Part shown: in pieces, positions 34,236-44,577 of the stretch
Layout of the letters: every line of letters begins with the position of its first letter
Position numbering within the stretch: position 1 is the first letter of the stretch
NCBI GenBank assembly: GCA_039798785.1
Contig: JBDKFG010000017.1
Location: 1 to 64,000, forward strand
Reading direction: 5' to 3'
Origin: Verrucomicrobiota bacterium
Lineage (GTDB): Bacteria; Verrucomicrobiota; Lentisphaeria; Lentisphaerales; Lentisphaeraceae
Length of the DNA: 64,000 nucleotides
Notes under the pieces: model-generated
What the model was told of the DNA's origin: nothing
What the model saw: the letters and a program-made list of their open reading frames with translations, nothing else
Database searches by the model: none
Made by a program: the position numbers and the translations under genes

Positions 34236-35369
34236 ATGATAGTCAAACCACAGACCTACACTTTCGGGCACACTTCCGACGACGCACTGCCGCTGCGCTG
34301 CGGCCGCAAGCTCGGGCCGGTGAGCATCGCCTACGAGACTTGGGGCAGCCTTAATTCCGAGGCCAGCAACGCCATACTCGTCTGTCACGCCCTCACCGGC
34401 TCGGCTCATGCAGCCGGCAAGTATCACGAATCGGACAAGAAGCCGGGCTGGTGGGACGAGATGATTGGGCCTGGCAAGGCCTTCGATACCGATCGCTACT
34501 TCATCGTCTGCTCCAATGTCCTCGGCTCCTGCTACGGCAGCACCGGACCGACCTCGATCAACCCTGCCACCGGCAAGGCGTACGCGATGAGTTTCCCGGT
34601 GATCACCGTCGCTGACATGGTGAACGCCCAGGTGCGCCTCGCCGATTTCCTCGGGGTGAAAAAATGGCTCAGCGTTGTCGGCGGTTCGCTCGGCGGGATG
34701 CAGGCCCTGCAGTGGGCCGTCGCCTATCCGGAGAGGGTCCACTCCTGTCTGCCCATCGCCACTACCGCCCGCCTGTCGCCGCAGGCGATCGGCTGGGATT
34801 GGGTCGGACGCGAAGCCATCCTCTCCGACCCGAAATTCCTCGGCGGCGAATACACCAAAGAAGCTCCTCCCGAGCGAGGTCTCGCGGTGGCGAGGATGCT
34901 GGCGCACATCACGTATCTTTCCGACGCCTCGATGAACGAGAAGTTCGGCCGCCGCCTGCAGCAGATGTCCGACGTCAACTACAGTTTCGACCTCAACTAC
35001 CAGGTGGAGAGCTACCTGAACCACCAGGGGCTGAGTTTCGTCGGCCGTTACGACGCCAACGCCTATCTCTACATCACCCGCGCCACCGACTATTTCGATC
35101 TCGCCTCGGAAGGCGGCGGCGATCTCACCGCCGCCTTGGCCAAATCGCGGTGCGCGTTCGGCATCATCTCCTTTTCCAGCGACTGGCTATTCACTCCGGC
35201 CCAATCAGAAGAACTGGTCGCCTCGCTGCTCCGCCTGAAGCGCGAAGTTTTCCATTGTGACATCCAGTCCGATTACGGCCACGACGCCTTCCTCCTCGAA
35301 GTCGAAACCCTCGGCTCGCTGGTCCGCGGATTCCTCTCGAATCAGCAGAGGAGTTTTGGAAATGGGTGA
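34236..35369 (+). CDS. metX: Homoserine O-acetyltransferase
   Basis: CHALTG, GWWD, NVLGSCYGSTGP, GGSLGGMQ, GHDAFL. Confidence 0.95.
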   Translation: MIVKPQTYTFGHTSDDALPLRCGRKLGPVSIAYETWGSLNSEASNAILVCHALTGSAHAAGKYHESDKKPGWWDEMIGPGKAFDTDRYFIVCSNVLGSCYGSTGPTSINPATGKAYAMSFPVITVADMVNAQVRLADFLGVKKWLSVVGGSLGGMQALQWAVAYPERVHSCLPIATTARLSPQAIGWDWVGREAILSDPKFLGGEYTKEAPPERGLAVARMLAHITYLSDASMNEKFGRRLQQMSDVNYSFDLNYQVESYLNHQGLSFVGRYDANAYLYITRATDYFDLASEGGGDLTAALAKSRCAFGIISFSSDWLFTPAQSEELVASLLRLKREVFHCDIQSDYGHDAFLLEVETLGSLVRGFLSNQQRSFGNG

Positions 35370-35967
35370 TTCCCGCGACCTCAATCCTGACCAGCTCGAG
35401 ATCCTCCGGATCATTCCGGCGGGCAGCCGCGTCCTCGACCTCGGCTGCGGCGACGGCTCCCTCCTGGAACGCCTTCGCGACGAAAAAGGCTGCGCCATCC
35501 AAGGCATCGACCGCGACCAGAAAATGGTGATGCGCTGCTTCCAACGCGGCATCCCCTGCATCATGCTCGACCTCGACCAGGGGCTCGCCCACATCGACGA
35601 CGCGTCCTTCGACTACGTCATCCTCGGCCGCACCTTCCAGCAGATCCACCGCCCGGTGCGACTCCTCAAGGAGATGCTGCGGGTCGGCCGCCGCGCCCTG
35701 ATCTCCAATCTCAACCTCGGGCACTGGCGCTTCCGCACCCGACTCGCCCTCACCGGCCGCTGCCCCGAGTCCGACGGCGAGCTCTGGTACGCCACCGCCA
35801 ACATCCACCAGGGAAGCCACCGCGACTTCGTCGACATGGCCCGCCGAGAAGGCCTGCCCTTGAACGCCTGCCACCCCCTCGGGGCCTCCCTGCTCGCCCG
35901 GCAATTCCCCTCCCTCTTCGCTGAACTCCTCGTCTATGAGCTCGGCCAGCGCAAGGCCGAGGCCTGA
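35362..35967 (+). CDS. metW: Methionine biosynthesis protein MetW
   Basis: SRVLDLGCGDG, DLDQGL, FDYVIL, EMLRVG, WYATANIH; overlaps metX. Confidence 0.88.
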   Translation: MGDSRDLNPDQLEILRIIPAGSRVLDLGCGDGSLLERLRDEKGCAIQGIDRDQKMVMRCFQRGIPCIMLDLDQGLAHIDDASFDYVILGRTFQQIHRPVRLLKEMLRVGRRALISNLNLGHWRFRTRLALTGRCPESDGELWYATANIHQGSHRDFVDMARREGLPLNACHPLGASLLARQFPSLFAELLVYELGQRKAEA

Positions 35968-36055
35968 CTCGACGCCATGAGCTTGTCTCAGGAAGTGAAA
36001 ACGCGGCGTCGAGATCTTCGACGTCGCGTCTCGGTTGGCTTTGCCAGAACGGAGA

Positions 36056-36925
36056 TCAGTGGATGATTTCGGTGCCGACGCCTTTGTCGGTGAAGAATTC
36101 CAGCAGCAGCGAGTGGGGCAGGCGGCCGTCGATCATGTGGACCTTGCGGCAACCGGCCTGGAGGGCGTCGACGGCGGATTGCACTTTGGGGAGCATGCCG
36201 CCGGAGATGGTGCCGTCGGCGATGTAGCCGTCGACCTCGCCGATCCGGATGGTCGAGATCAGGGTCGACTCGTCCTTCGGGTTGCGGAGCATGCCGGGGA
36301 CGTCGGAGAGGAAGACCAGCTTGCGGGCCTTGAGGGCCTTGGCGATCTTGGCGGCGGCGATGTCGGCGTTGATGTTGAAGACCTGGCCCTTGGCGTCGAC
36401 GGCGAGGGGGCAGATGACCGGGATGGCTTCGCGCTGGAGGACTTCGAGGATGGGCTTGGTGTAGACGTGGGTGACGTCGCCGACGAAGCCGACGTCGGCT
36501 TTCTGGCCGTTGAGGGGGTCGGTGACGATCATCTTCTCGGCGGTGAGGATGTCTTTGCCGGAGATGCGGCGGGCGCGGGCCTTGTTCTTGGTCAGGAGGT
36601 CGAGGACCTGGCCGTTGAGTTCGTGCAGCTCCTCGTCGACGATGCGGATGGTCTGTTCGCAGGTGACGCGCATGCCGGCGACCTTGCGGACCGGGATGCC
36701 TTCGCGCTCCATGCGGGCATTGATCGCCTTGCCGCCGCCGTGGACGATGACCGGCTTCATGCCGACGCATTCCATGAAGATGACGTCGCGCAGGACCTGC
36801 TCGACGAGGACCGGGTCTTCCATCGCCGAGCCGCCGAACTTGACGACGACGATCTCGTCGCGGAAGTCCTGGATGTAGGGCATCGCTTCGATCAGGGTGG
36901 CGGCTTTGCTGGTGAGGTCGCGCAT
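36056..36925 (-). CDS. argB: Acetylglutamate kinase
   Basis: VVKFGG, VHGGG, GMRVT, NINAD, SDVPG, GGMLPK. Confidence 0.95.
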   Translation of the reverse strand: MRDLTSKAATLIEAMPYIQDFRDEIVVVKFGGSAMEDPVLVEQVLRDVIFMECVGMKPVIVHGGGKAINARMEREGIPVRKVAGMRVTCEQTIRIVDEELHELNGQVLDLLTKNKARARRISGKDILTAEKMIVTDPLNGQKADVGFVGDVTHVYTKPILEVLQREAIPVICPLAVDAKGQVFNINADIAAAKIAKALKARKLVFLSDVPGMLRNPKDESTLISTIRIGEVDGYIADGTISGGMLPKVQSAVDALQAGCRKVHMIDGRLPHSLLLEFFTDKGVGTEIIH

Positions 36926-36970
36926 GTCTGGAATTCCTTGCTTTTCTAGATTTGAATGCGGGGAAATTAA

Positions 36971-36999
36971 CGCGCCCCGGAGCAAGTGCCCGGGGCGCG
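36971..36999 (-). terminator. Putative intrinsic terminator downstream of the EEP gene
   Basis: 10-bp stem CGCGCCCCGG/CCGGGGCGCG followed by TTAATTTC on the minus strand. Confidence 0.45.
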
Positions 37000-37024
37000 G
37001 CGTAAATTCCTGGTCAGAATGATG

Positions 37025-37987
37025 TCACAGATCGAAGTCGAGGGCGAAGGGGCAGTGGTCGGAGGCCTTTGGCCGGTCCTGGCCGACGCCTTCGAAGCGG
37101 GGCCCCTCGTAGCGGCTGGCACGTCCGGGCTGGCCGCGGCGCTCGATGATTGGCAATCCCTTGGCGCGTGCAGCGAGGGCTCGCGAGGCGAGGAGGTAGT
37201 CTAGCTGTCGGTAGGCCGGGGGGAAGCCGCAGCGCTCGCTACCGCGGTAGAAATGCGTCCAGCGCTGCGAAGGCGGAAGACGTTCGAGGAGGTTTTCGAC
37301 GGCGGGCCAATGCACCAGTTCGCGGATGGCGCTGGGCCCCTGCTCGGGGTCCTCTTCGAGGTGGTCATTGAAGTCGCCGCAGACGACGAAGTGGGCGCCG
37401 GAGGGATCGTCGCCGAAGCGTTCGCGGACTAGATCCATCACCGTGCGGGCCTGCAAGAGGCGCACCGGGTGGGTGCTTCTGCGGCCTTCGCAAGGAGGGC
37501 TGTCCATGGGCGGAGCCATTGACTTGAAGTGATTGACATAAAAGGTGATCGGTCCGAAGCCGGGAATCTGGACGTCGGCCTCAAGGCAATCTCGGTTGAA
37601 GAGGGGGCCGCCGCGGGGGTCGCGGAGGTGCTGCCAGGTACGCAGGTGGGTGATCGGGTAGCGTGACAGGATGGCGACGTCGATGTGGCGGGCGTCATTG
37701 CCGTCGATCAAGGCGCAGTAGGGGTAGTTCTCGATGCCTCCGAGAAGGTTGTCGCGGAAGCGCCGGAGGATGGCCAGGCCTTCGACTTCCTGCAGGGCGA
37801 GGATGTCCGGGTTGAGCTCGCGGATGGCCATCGCGGTGTAGCGCTTCTGGTCTTTTTCGGCGATGCTGAAATTGAGGTCCTCGCCAGTCCAGCCATCCTT
37901 GGCGGCGTGTTTCCAGTTGACGTCGTTGTTGAAGCGGAAACGAGCGAAGAGGTTTTCGACATTGAAGGTGCCGATGCGGACTCTCAT
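37025..37987 (-). CDS. Endonuclease/exonuclease/phosphatase family protein
   Basis: TFNVENLF, LQEVE, NHFKS, GDFND, LDY, ASDHCP. Confidence 0.92.
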   Translation of the reverse strand: MRVRIGTFNVENLFARFRFNNDVNWKHAAKDGWTGEDLNFSIAEKDQKRYTAMAIRELNPDILALQEVEGLAILRRFRDNLLGGIENYPYCALIDGNDARHIDVAILSRYPITHLRTWQHLRDPRGGPLFNRDCLEADVQIPGFGPITFYVNHFKSMAPPMDSPPCEGRRSTHPVRLLQARTVMDLVRERFGDDPSGAHFVVCGDFNDHLEEDPEQGPSAIRELVHWPAVENLLERLPPSQRWTHFYRGSERCGFPPAYRQLDYLLASRALAARAKGLPIIERRGQPGRASRYEGPRFEGVGQDRPKASDHCPFALDFDL

Positions 37988-38199
37988 GATGGCCTCCTGG
38001 GTTGTGCGACAGTCTAGACGCCGGAGGCCATTCCACCCAGGCGCCCCGCATGAATTTGTGGCTTGATCAAGTTCTCCTCGGATGCCGGGGCTTTGGCATG
38101 GGTTCCGCCATTGGTCATTCTGGCAGCGATATCAGTTCTTGGGTTTGCTCTACACTTTGTCTATTATGTCCTTATTCGAGGCCAGTTCACCTCCTCGCT

Positions 38200-39387
38200 C
38201 TAATCTGCCAATTGCAGGTTTCCGGACTGAGCCAGCTGGCGCCAGGCCTGTGGGGTGAGTTTGTGCTTGATCCGGAAGAAACGCGTCATGTTGCGGGCAT
38301 CTCCGAAGCCGGATTCGAGGGCGATCGTGGAAACTTTCAGATCACTTTCGGCGAGAAGGTTTTCTGCTTTCGAGAAGCGGCAGCGGATGAGTTCTTCCCG
38401 CAAGGAGTAGCCGAGTGCCGACTTGCAGTCGATCTGCAGCTTGCGCAGCGACATGCCCGCTTCGCGCGCCATCTCGGTGATCGACAGGTCGCGGGAATAT
38501 TCGCTCCTGACTTTGCAGATCACGTCGCCGATGCGTTTGTCCTCACAAATGAAAAGAGCGGTGGAATGGCGGCTGACAACGCCTTTTGGGGGGATGCGAT
38601 GAAGGCCCGTCGCCACTGGGCGTCCGCAGAGTCGCTCATGGAGCAAGGCGGCGGCCCTGTAGCCGACGTTCTGGAGATTGGAATTGACTGATGACATCGG
38701 CACCAGGGCCATGTCGACCTCCGGATGGTGTTCGTCGCAGCCGAGGACGGCGATATCCTCGGGGACTCGCAGGCCGACGGAGAGGGCAAGCCTGATCAGC
38801 TGGACGCCAAAGCGGTCGTCCTCCGCCATGATGGCGCAAGGACGCGGGAGTCTTGAGAGGAGGCCAGCGAGGACTCTTTCCCATTCCTCGGTGCTGAGAG
38901 TTTCACCGATGCCGGAGGGATGCCCCGGATTCATCGTCGGGTAATCCAGCGAGATGACTCGATGGTGGTGAGCCGCCATGGTTTTGACGAAGCTTTCCCT
39001 GATTGCATTGCTGTCTGGCGAATCGAAGCGGCGGTAGAAGGCGAAATGCGGGCGTCCCAGACGCATCAGGTGCTTCGCACCCAAGGCGCCGAGAGCGGCG
39101 TAATCCGGGACGACGGTCGGGTAGATCTGGCGCGTCCCTTCCAGGATGTCGAGAATCTGGATCGTCGGGGCTCGCAGCTCCTGGATCCTCCTCAGGGTTT
39201 CCGGGTGGTTGATGGTGGCGATGACGCCGTCGACTTTTTCGAAATGTGGAAAGACCCCGGTGCGTCTCATTCCGCAGCGCAGCAGCCACCCTTTTTCCCG
39301 GGCGAAGCGCACGGCGCCCTCAAGAAGAGGTTCGATGTAGGGGTCGGTGATGAACACGATGTTGAGTGGCTTTTCTGGGGAAATCAT
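38200..39387 (-). CDS. XylR-type regulator (LacI-like sugar-binding domain plus C-terminal AraC HTH)
   Basis: LRVPEDIAVLGCD, GYRAAALL; C-terminal IALESGF....RFF...TP..WR. Confidence 0.87.
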   Translation of the reverse strand: MISPEKPLNIVFITDPYIEPLLEGAVRFAREKGWLLRCGMRRTGVFPHFEKVDGVIATINHPETLRRIQELRAPTIQILDILEGTRQIYPTVVPDYAALGALGAKHLMRLGRPHFAFYRRFDSPDSNAIRESFVKTMAAHHHRVISLDYPTMNPGHPSGIGETLSTEEWERVLAGLLSRLPRPCAIMAEDDRFGVQLIRLALSVGLRVPEDIAVLGCDEHHPEVDMALVPMSSVNSNLQNVGYRAAALLHERLCGRPVATGLHRIPPKGVVSRHSTALFICEDKRIGDVICKVRSEYSRDLSITEMAREAGMSLRKLQIDCKSALGYSLREELIRCRFSKAENLLAESDLKVSTIALESGFGDARNMTRFFRIKHKLTPQAWRQLAQSGNLQLAD

Positions 39388-39401
39388 GTGTCTTCCCGCG
39401 T

Positions 39402-40127
39402 TCAGTGCGCGGCACTCCATTTGAGGCTTGGGATGTCTGTGATCCAGACCATTTGCGCATGGCCGTCGATATATCCGACCGCTTCCTTGTTCATGTGACG
39501 GTTGACGGTGACGCGTTCATAACGGTTTTCCCCCCAGAGGTTGCCGTTGTCAACCATCGGATCGGCCTGGTTCCACTGCGAAGGAGGAGGAAGCGTCTGC
39601 CCGAGCTGAGGCCAGCCGTCGACCCAGACCCCGTCGATCACCAGGGGGGTCAAGCTCGGCTGGCTGATGTTGCCAAGGCCGACGCCGAAGAACTCGGTGT
39701 CCGCCTGCCAATTCCAGTCATGGCTGTCGACATCGAAGGCCCAGCCGTTGAAGCAATAACTGCCCATGACTTGGCCGTTGGAGGAGACCCAGGGCCAGCC
39801 GACGTTGGAGTTGGTGGAATATTGGTTGCGCAACTCCACCGGCCGGTTTTTTTCCGTCGCCGGACAGAATCTCGAGTTGTCGGTGATGCCGTAAGGTCCC
39901 AGAACCGGCCAGAAGGCGTTGAAACTGTCGGTGTAGGGAAGCAGCCTGTTGCTATCCGTCATTTTGTTGCTGTAGGCGATCGACACCTGCTTCAGGTTCG
40001 AAACGCAGTTGATCGCGATTGAACGCGCCCGCGCCGCGGCGAGCGCCGGCAAAAGCAGTGAGGCCAGAATGCCAATGACTGCGACCACTGTGAGAAGCTC
40101 GATCAGGGTGAACTTGGAAGATTTCAT
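39402..40127 (-). CDS. Prepilin-type N-terminal cleavage/methylation protein with H-X9-DG-like C-terminus; paralog of 15440-16240
   Basis: FTLIELLTVVAVIGILASLLLPAL..AR..CVSNLKQ; RHMNKEAVGYIDGH. Confidence 0.88.
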   Translation of the reverse strand: MKSSKFTLIELLTVVAVIGILASLLLPALAAARARSIAINCVSNLKQVSIAYSNKMTDSNRLLPYTDSFNAFWPVLGPYGITDNSRFCPATEKNRPVELRNQYSTNSNVGWPWVSSNGQVMGSYCFNGWAFDVDSHDWNWQADTEFFGVGLGNISQPSLTPLVIDGVWVDGWPQLGQTLPPPSQWNQADPMVDNGNLWGENRYERVTVNRHMNKEAVGYIDGHAQMVWITDIPSLKWSAAH

Positions 40128-40157
40128 GTCCCTCTCCTTTTGGCTGGCTAAGGCTAG

Positions 40158-40171
40158 ATTAACCGGTTAAT
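40158..40171. promoter_or_regulatory. 14-bp palindromic operator candidate ATTAACCGGTTAAT
   Basis: Perfect palindrome 30 bp upstream of the ATG at 40127; identical copy at 49386. Confidence 0.65.
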
Positions 40172-41105
40172 TACCGCTTTCAATGAAGATTTTGTTCAAT
40201 TTCTCAAGAAATTGCGGGTTGTTGATTTTGAGGATCGGGCCGAGCTCGGCTGCCAGGGATTTAGCGTTGGCGGCTTCGACGATCAGATATTTACGCTTGA
40301 AGACTTCTTCGATTGAGAGCTTGTTTTCTGGCGGGGTGGCAGGGAATTTCGGGTTTTGAGCGACGAAGGCGGTGATTCTGCGGGCATCGACGAGGTATTT
40401 CATCAGGGGCAGCTGGTTGGCGTTGCAGACGACGAGGGCTTGTTTGGTGGGTTTTTCCCAGTAGCTCATGGTTTCGAAGCCTGTCGGGAGGGCTTCCAGG
40501 CTGATCAGGAGTTGAGCGTCTTTGTGACTGGCGAGAGCGAGGTCGAAGCTGAAGGGGTTGTTGCTGCGGAGGGAGAGCAGTTCGTCGGGAGTCAGCTGCA
40601 TTTGCGGGGGATTCTCGAGTGGTTCGCCGTTCTGCAGGTTGGGGGGGATGAGAAGCCGCTTCATATCTTCGTCGCTGGCTGGGGGCAGGACGGCGATGGT
40701 GTCGAGGGAAAGGGCATGGCCGGCGCCTTGGCGGAGCCCGGTGAGCAGTTCATTGTGGATGCGCTGGCGGTAGCGGGACTGGGCCGAATGGCCGGTGTCG
40801 GGAGGGAGGGGAGGGTGGATGATGACGGTGCGTTTGCCTGGGAAGGCAGCGGCGAGGCGCTGTCCGAGGACAAAACCCTGAGCGAAGGACTCGCGGGCTT
40901 CGATTTCGACGCTGTCGGCATAGGGGTCTTTGACTTTCCAGACCCCGATGAGGAAGATCAGGTTGATGGCGATGGCGGCGAGGGCGAGAAGGCTGGCGAA
41001 GCCGGCCTTGGCGCTCGACCACTGGTGTTTTTTTCTGTGGAAGTGGACGGCGAGGCGCCAGCCTGCGATAGCCACGAGGACGAGGGCGATGTTGAGCGGT
41101 TCCAT
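40167..41105 (-). CDS. Hypothetical membrane-anchored protein
   Basis: Two N-terminal hydrophobic segments and a soluble domain; 312 aa. Confidence 0.65.
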   Translation of the reverse strand: MEPLNIALVLVAIAGWRLAVHFHRKKHQWSSAKAGFASLLALAAIAINLIFLIGVWKVKDPYADSVEIEARESFAQGFVLGQRLAAAFPGKRTVIIHPPLPPDTGHSAQSRYRQRIHNELLTGLRQGAGHALSLDTIAVLPPASDEDMKRLLIPPNLQNGEPLENPPQMQLTPDELLSLRSNNPFSFDLALASHKDAQLLISLEALPTGFETMSYWEKPTKQALVVCNANQLPLMKYLVDARRITAFVAQNPKFPATPPENKLSIEEVFKRKYLIVEAANAKSLAAELGPILKINNPQFLEKLNKIFIESGN

Positions 41106-41158
41106 CGGAGGTCTCCTTGCTGCAGTCTAAGACGGAAGTTGTGGGAAAGCAAGAGATT

Positions 41159-42016
41159 TCAGGATTTCAATGCTTCGAGGAGGGCGTGGGCGAGGGCGGT
41201 GGCGGCCGGCGGGTGGCACCTCAGGAAGAGTTCGGGCTCGATCAACTCCAGTTCGACGAGGCAGGGCTGTCCTTGTGAGTCGCGAAGGAGGTCGATGCGC
41301 GCATAGAGGGGCTGGACGGGGCAGGCGGCGAGGGCAGCGAGGGCGACGGCGATCTCATCGGCGGCAGGGCGGTGGAAGTGAACGCTGCCGCCATGATCGT
41401 CCTGGCAGCGGAATTCTCCGGGGCGGGGAGTTTTGCGGAGGCCGTGAGTCACTGCGCCGGCGATGGCGATGAGCGACACTTCACCCTGGCCCAGGACTGC
41501 CGGCAGGAATGGCTGGAGGAGGGCGCCGAATTCCGGATCGAAGGCGCGTTCCCAGCCCGCCGGCATGGGTTGGCCTCTTTTCAGCCGGAAGCAGTTCACG
41601 CCGCCACCGCCGCACGCGGGCTTGAGAACTGCTTCGTCGGCCGGGATTTCCGTGAAATCCGCGGGGCGGCGGAGAAGGATGGACGGTATGCAGGGGACTC
41701 CTTTCGAGCCTAGCTCGAGGAGATAGGCTTTGTCGAGATTCCAGAGCTGCAGCTGAGGCGGGTTGAAGAGCCGCAGGTCCTCCGGGGGGGATTCGAGAAG
41801 TCGACGGAAGTCGTCCAAGTGTTGGTAGCAGTCCCAGGCGGAACGCATCAAGGCAGGCCCGGCGGCGGCCTCCTGCCAGGCGACGCGGCGGCCGGCAAGC
41901 CCTGCGCGCTTCAGGGCTTGCAGAAGCCAGGCGTCTTCGAGGATGACCTGTTGCGACCAGGGGTCGTCGGGGGCGGCACTGAGGAGGGCGGGAGAGTTCA
42001 GCAGTTGGAGGGTCAT
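41159..42016 (-). CDS. ATP-grasp protein (RimK/glutathione synthetase-like)
   Basis: RSAWD, WNLDKAYL.EL, VLKP, QPFL, GEVSL, FRCQ..HGG, YARID, ELELIEP.LF; start 42016 or 42046. Confidence 0.82.
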   Translation of the reverse strand: MTLQLLNSPALLSAAPDDPWSQQVILEDAWLLQALKRAGLAGRRVAWQEAAAGPALMRSAWDCYQHLDDFRRLLESPPEDLRLFNPPQLQLWNLDKAYLLELGSKGVPCIPSILLRRPADFTEIPADEAVLKPACGGGGVNCFRLKRGQPMPAGWERAFDPEFGALLQPFLPAVLGQGEVSLIAIAGAVTHGLRKTPRPGEFRCQDDHGGSVHFHRPAADEIAVALAALAACPVQPLYARIDLLRDSQGQPCLVELELIEPELFLRCHPPAATALAHALLEALKS

Positions 42017-42035
42017 GGGGGCTTCTCTTTGGGGC

Positions 42036-44567
42036 TCAGTGCTCAAGGCTGGCTAGCTTCTTGGCGGTGTCTGGAAGGAGTTTCAGGCGCGGCGCCTGCG
42101 GTTCGGAAGGGAAGCTGACCTCGACGGTCTGGCCGGGGCGGATCAGTATTTGCGAGCTCCGTCCATCACAGCTGATCCGGAGACTTAGCCTGTCGCCCCT
42201 TCTTTCCACCTCGACGTCATAGTCGCGGCCACTGGAGCGGACCGACTGCAGTGCCATCCGGGGCCACGCCTCGGGAAGCTGCGGCTTGCACTGGAGACGA
42301 TCGAGTCCGCTAGGAAGTATGCCAAAGACCCCCTCCACCAGGATGCGGCAATAGAGTGCGCTTTCCGAGGAGAGATGCGCCTGTCCTCCTTCCGGATAGG
42401 CTTCGACGGCGTAGGGGACGTGTTCTCCGAGCAGGCGGCGGTGAGTGTAGCTCTTGAAGAAGTCCATCGCCTTGGCTCCCTCTCCAGCCTGGAAGACGGC
42501 GCGGAAGGCGTAGAGAGTGGATCGATCCCAGAAGATCCGCCCTCCCGATTCCGAAGCCAGGCCGTCAATGGTCCAGAGCCTGGGGGAGAAGAGGGCTTCG
42601 ATGGTGCCGTTCTTGCGGGTGTCGATGCCCATGCTCAGGGGGAAGCAGATCCATGAGCGCAGGGTCTTGTTGCCGTCGTAGTAGCGGTAGGTGTCGAATC
42701 CTTCGACTTTGGCGCCGAAATGCCGCTCGATGGCGGCGGCGATCGTCTCGGCCTCGGCATTGAAGCTCCGGACATCTCCATCCTTGCCGAGACAGGCGGC
42801 AATGTCGGCGGCCGAGCGCAGGGCGCCGTAATAGAGTGAGCTGGTGGAGAGGTTGGCCTGGCCGGCAGGGAGGCGGCCTTCGAGTTCATCGCAGCGGGAA
42901 CTGATGACGCCGTCTGGGTTCTTCTTGCGGCGGCAATATTCAAGGGACCAGAGGATGGCCGGCCAGAGTTCTTCGGCGATGGCGCGATCGCCGCGGGCGA
43001 GGACGAAGCGTGCGGCGCCATAGGCGTACATCGCAGCGTCGCCGCGATCGCCGGCGCCGTTCCAGATGTCGACGCCTTCTGCGACGATCGAGCTCGGGAT
43101 GGGCTGGAAATCGGGTTTCATGAAGCGCTGGAAGTGACGGTAGCTGTTGAGGGAGGCTTCGTTGCCTCCTTCGTCCCCGAGGAAGGGGAAGAAGGGTCCG
43201 GCGTATTCGACGTTGTCGTTGCACCACATGGCGGCGTAATAGCGGAGGTTGCCCGGCGCCAGCATCATGCCGCCGCGGGTGTCGTTGATGCTTTCAGCGG
43301 CCCGCCACTTGGCGAAGTCGAAGGCGGTGTTGATGGCGGCGTCGGGTGTCTTCAGACGCAGCTTGCGGTTGAGACCGGAGATGAAGTCCCGGCGGGACTT
43401 CTCCTCTTCCTTCGGGTCGATCGCAGGAGCCGCGTCGGAGGCTCCCCGGCCGGCAAAACGGACGCTGAAGCTGAGGCTCTTTCCCGGGGCCAGAACCGGG
43501 TTGGATGGGGCGTCATGACTGACTTCGCTCAGGCTGGCACCGTAGGGACCTTCGGTGCTGGCGCTCAGCGCCAGAGGAGCGATCTCCAGACGCACAGCCT
43601 TGCCGCTGGCATTCTCCAGCGTCCAGGTGTCCAGCGCCGCGGCCTTCGTCAGGCTCGGATAGGTCACACGTTTCAGCCTCAGTCCTCCGGCTCTGCCGAT
43701 GAAGGTGAGGGTGCCGTCAAGAAGAACCCGATCGACCTTCATCCGTCCAAGCGGCTTGCCGTCGACGGTGATCACCGGCTCGGCGTCGGCAGCTTTGTAA
43801 TGCTTGACCAGGCTGCCGTGGGTGTCGTTGGGAAAAATCCGCAGGGATGGCCAGACCAGATCGCGCTCAATCGTGAGCAGTCCATCGGCGTCGACTGCAT
43901 ACCAGACTTTCTGGGCGACGCGGCGACCGCCTTGCTCGATGAAGTCGTTGTGAGGGAGATGGGCATCCGCGCCGATCCGCCATTCGGTGCTGACGCCGGA
44001 ACCGAGGACCCAGCGATCGGGAAGCGGGGGCGGGGGCATCGCGGCGGGCTCCTTGCCCTGATGCTCGATCACCGCATCGGCCCAGACCGCGTGGTCATCC
44101 GTCATGCCGTCGCCGCCGTCGCTCACCAACAGCTCGAGATTCTGGACTCCGCCGAGCTCGACGCTCAGCTTTTTCAGCGGATCGGATTTGCGCATGAGGC
44201 CACTTCTCCATAGGATTTTGCGATCGCCCTTGACGAGGAATTCGACGCTGGCGCGGTTGCCGGCTGAATCGTCGATTCCGACTGCAGCGGTGAACTTGAT
44301 GCCCGACTTCTTGAGGTCGAAGTAGAGCGAAGCCGGGGCATGGGTGCCGAGGCCGTGGGGGATCGGCTGGCCGTGGTGGCTCAGCGGACCGCCGTCGACG
44401 GACTTGCCGGCTCCGGGCTGGCCATAGCCTTGCTTGACGAGGCTGAGATCGGCGTTGTCGATGCGGAAGAGATTCTCCGGGGCCTCGGCGGCCGCCGAGG
44501 GGCGGCTGAGAAGGACGAGGAGAGCTAAGCCGAGAGGGGCGGCAAGGGGGGGCTGCATGATGTTCAT
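42036..44567 (-). CDS. Exported NPCBM + six-hairpin glycosidase-like protein
   Basis: NPCBM motifs GLGTHA, GIDD, DGGDG..DHAVWADA; catalytic-domain-like YYAAMWCNDNVEY, DELEGR, WDRSTLY, PYAVEAYPE. Confidence 0.75.
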   Translation of the reverse strand: MNIMQPPLAAPLGLALLVLLSRPSAAAEAPENLFRIDNADLSLVKQGYGQPGAGKSVDGGPLSHHGQPIPHGLGTHAPASLYFDLKKSGIKFTAAVGIDDSAGNRASVEFLVKGDRKILWRSGLMRKSDPLKKLSVELGGVQNLELLVSDGGDGMTDDHAVWADAVIEHQGKEPAAMPPPPLPDRWVLGSGVSTEWRIGADAHLPHNDFIEQGGRRVAQKVWYAVDADGLLTIERDLVWPSLRIFPNDTHGSLVKHYKAADAEPVITVDGKPLGRMKVDRVLLDGTLTFIGRAGGLRLKRVTYPSLTKAAALDTWTLENASGKAVRLEIAPLALSASTEGPYGASLSEVSHDAPSNPVLAPGKSLSFSVRFAGRGASDAAPAIDPKEEEKSRRDFISGLNRKLRLKTPDAAINTAFDFAKWRAAESINDTRGGMMLAPGNLRYYAAMWCNDNVEYAGPFFPFLGDEGGNEASLNSYRHFQRFMKPDFQPIPSSIVAEGVDIWNGAGDRGDAAMYAYGAARFVLARGDRAIAEELWPAILWSLEYCRRKKNPDGVISSRCDELEGRLPAGQANLSTSSLYYGALRSAADIAACLGKDGDVRSFNAEAETIAAAIERHFGAKVEGFDTYRYYDGNKTLRSWICFPLSMGIDTRKNGTIEALFSPRLWTIDGLASESGGRIFWDRSTLYAFRAVFQAGEGAKAMDFFKSYTHRRLLGEHVPYAVEAYPEGGQAHLSSESALYCRILVEGVFGILPSGLDRLQCKPQLPEAWPRMALQSVRSSGRDYDVEVERRGDRLSLRISCDGRSSQILIRPGQTVEVSFPSEPQAPRLKLLPDTAKKLASLEH

Positions 44568-44577
44568 TCCTTCTGAT

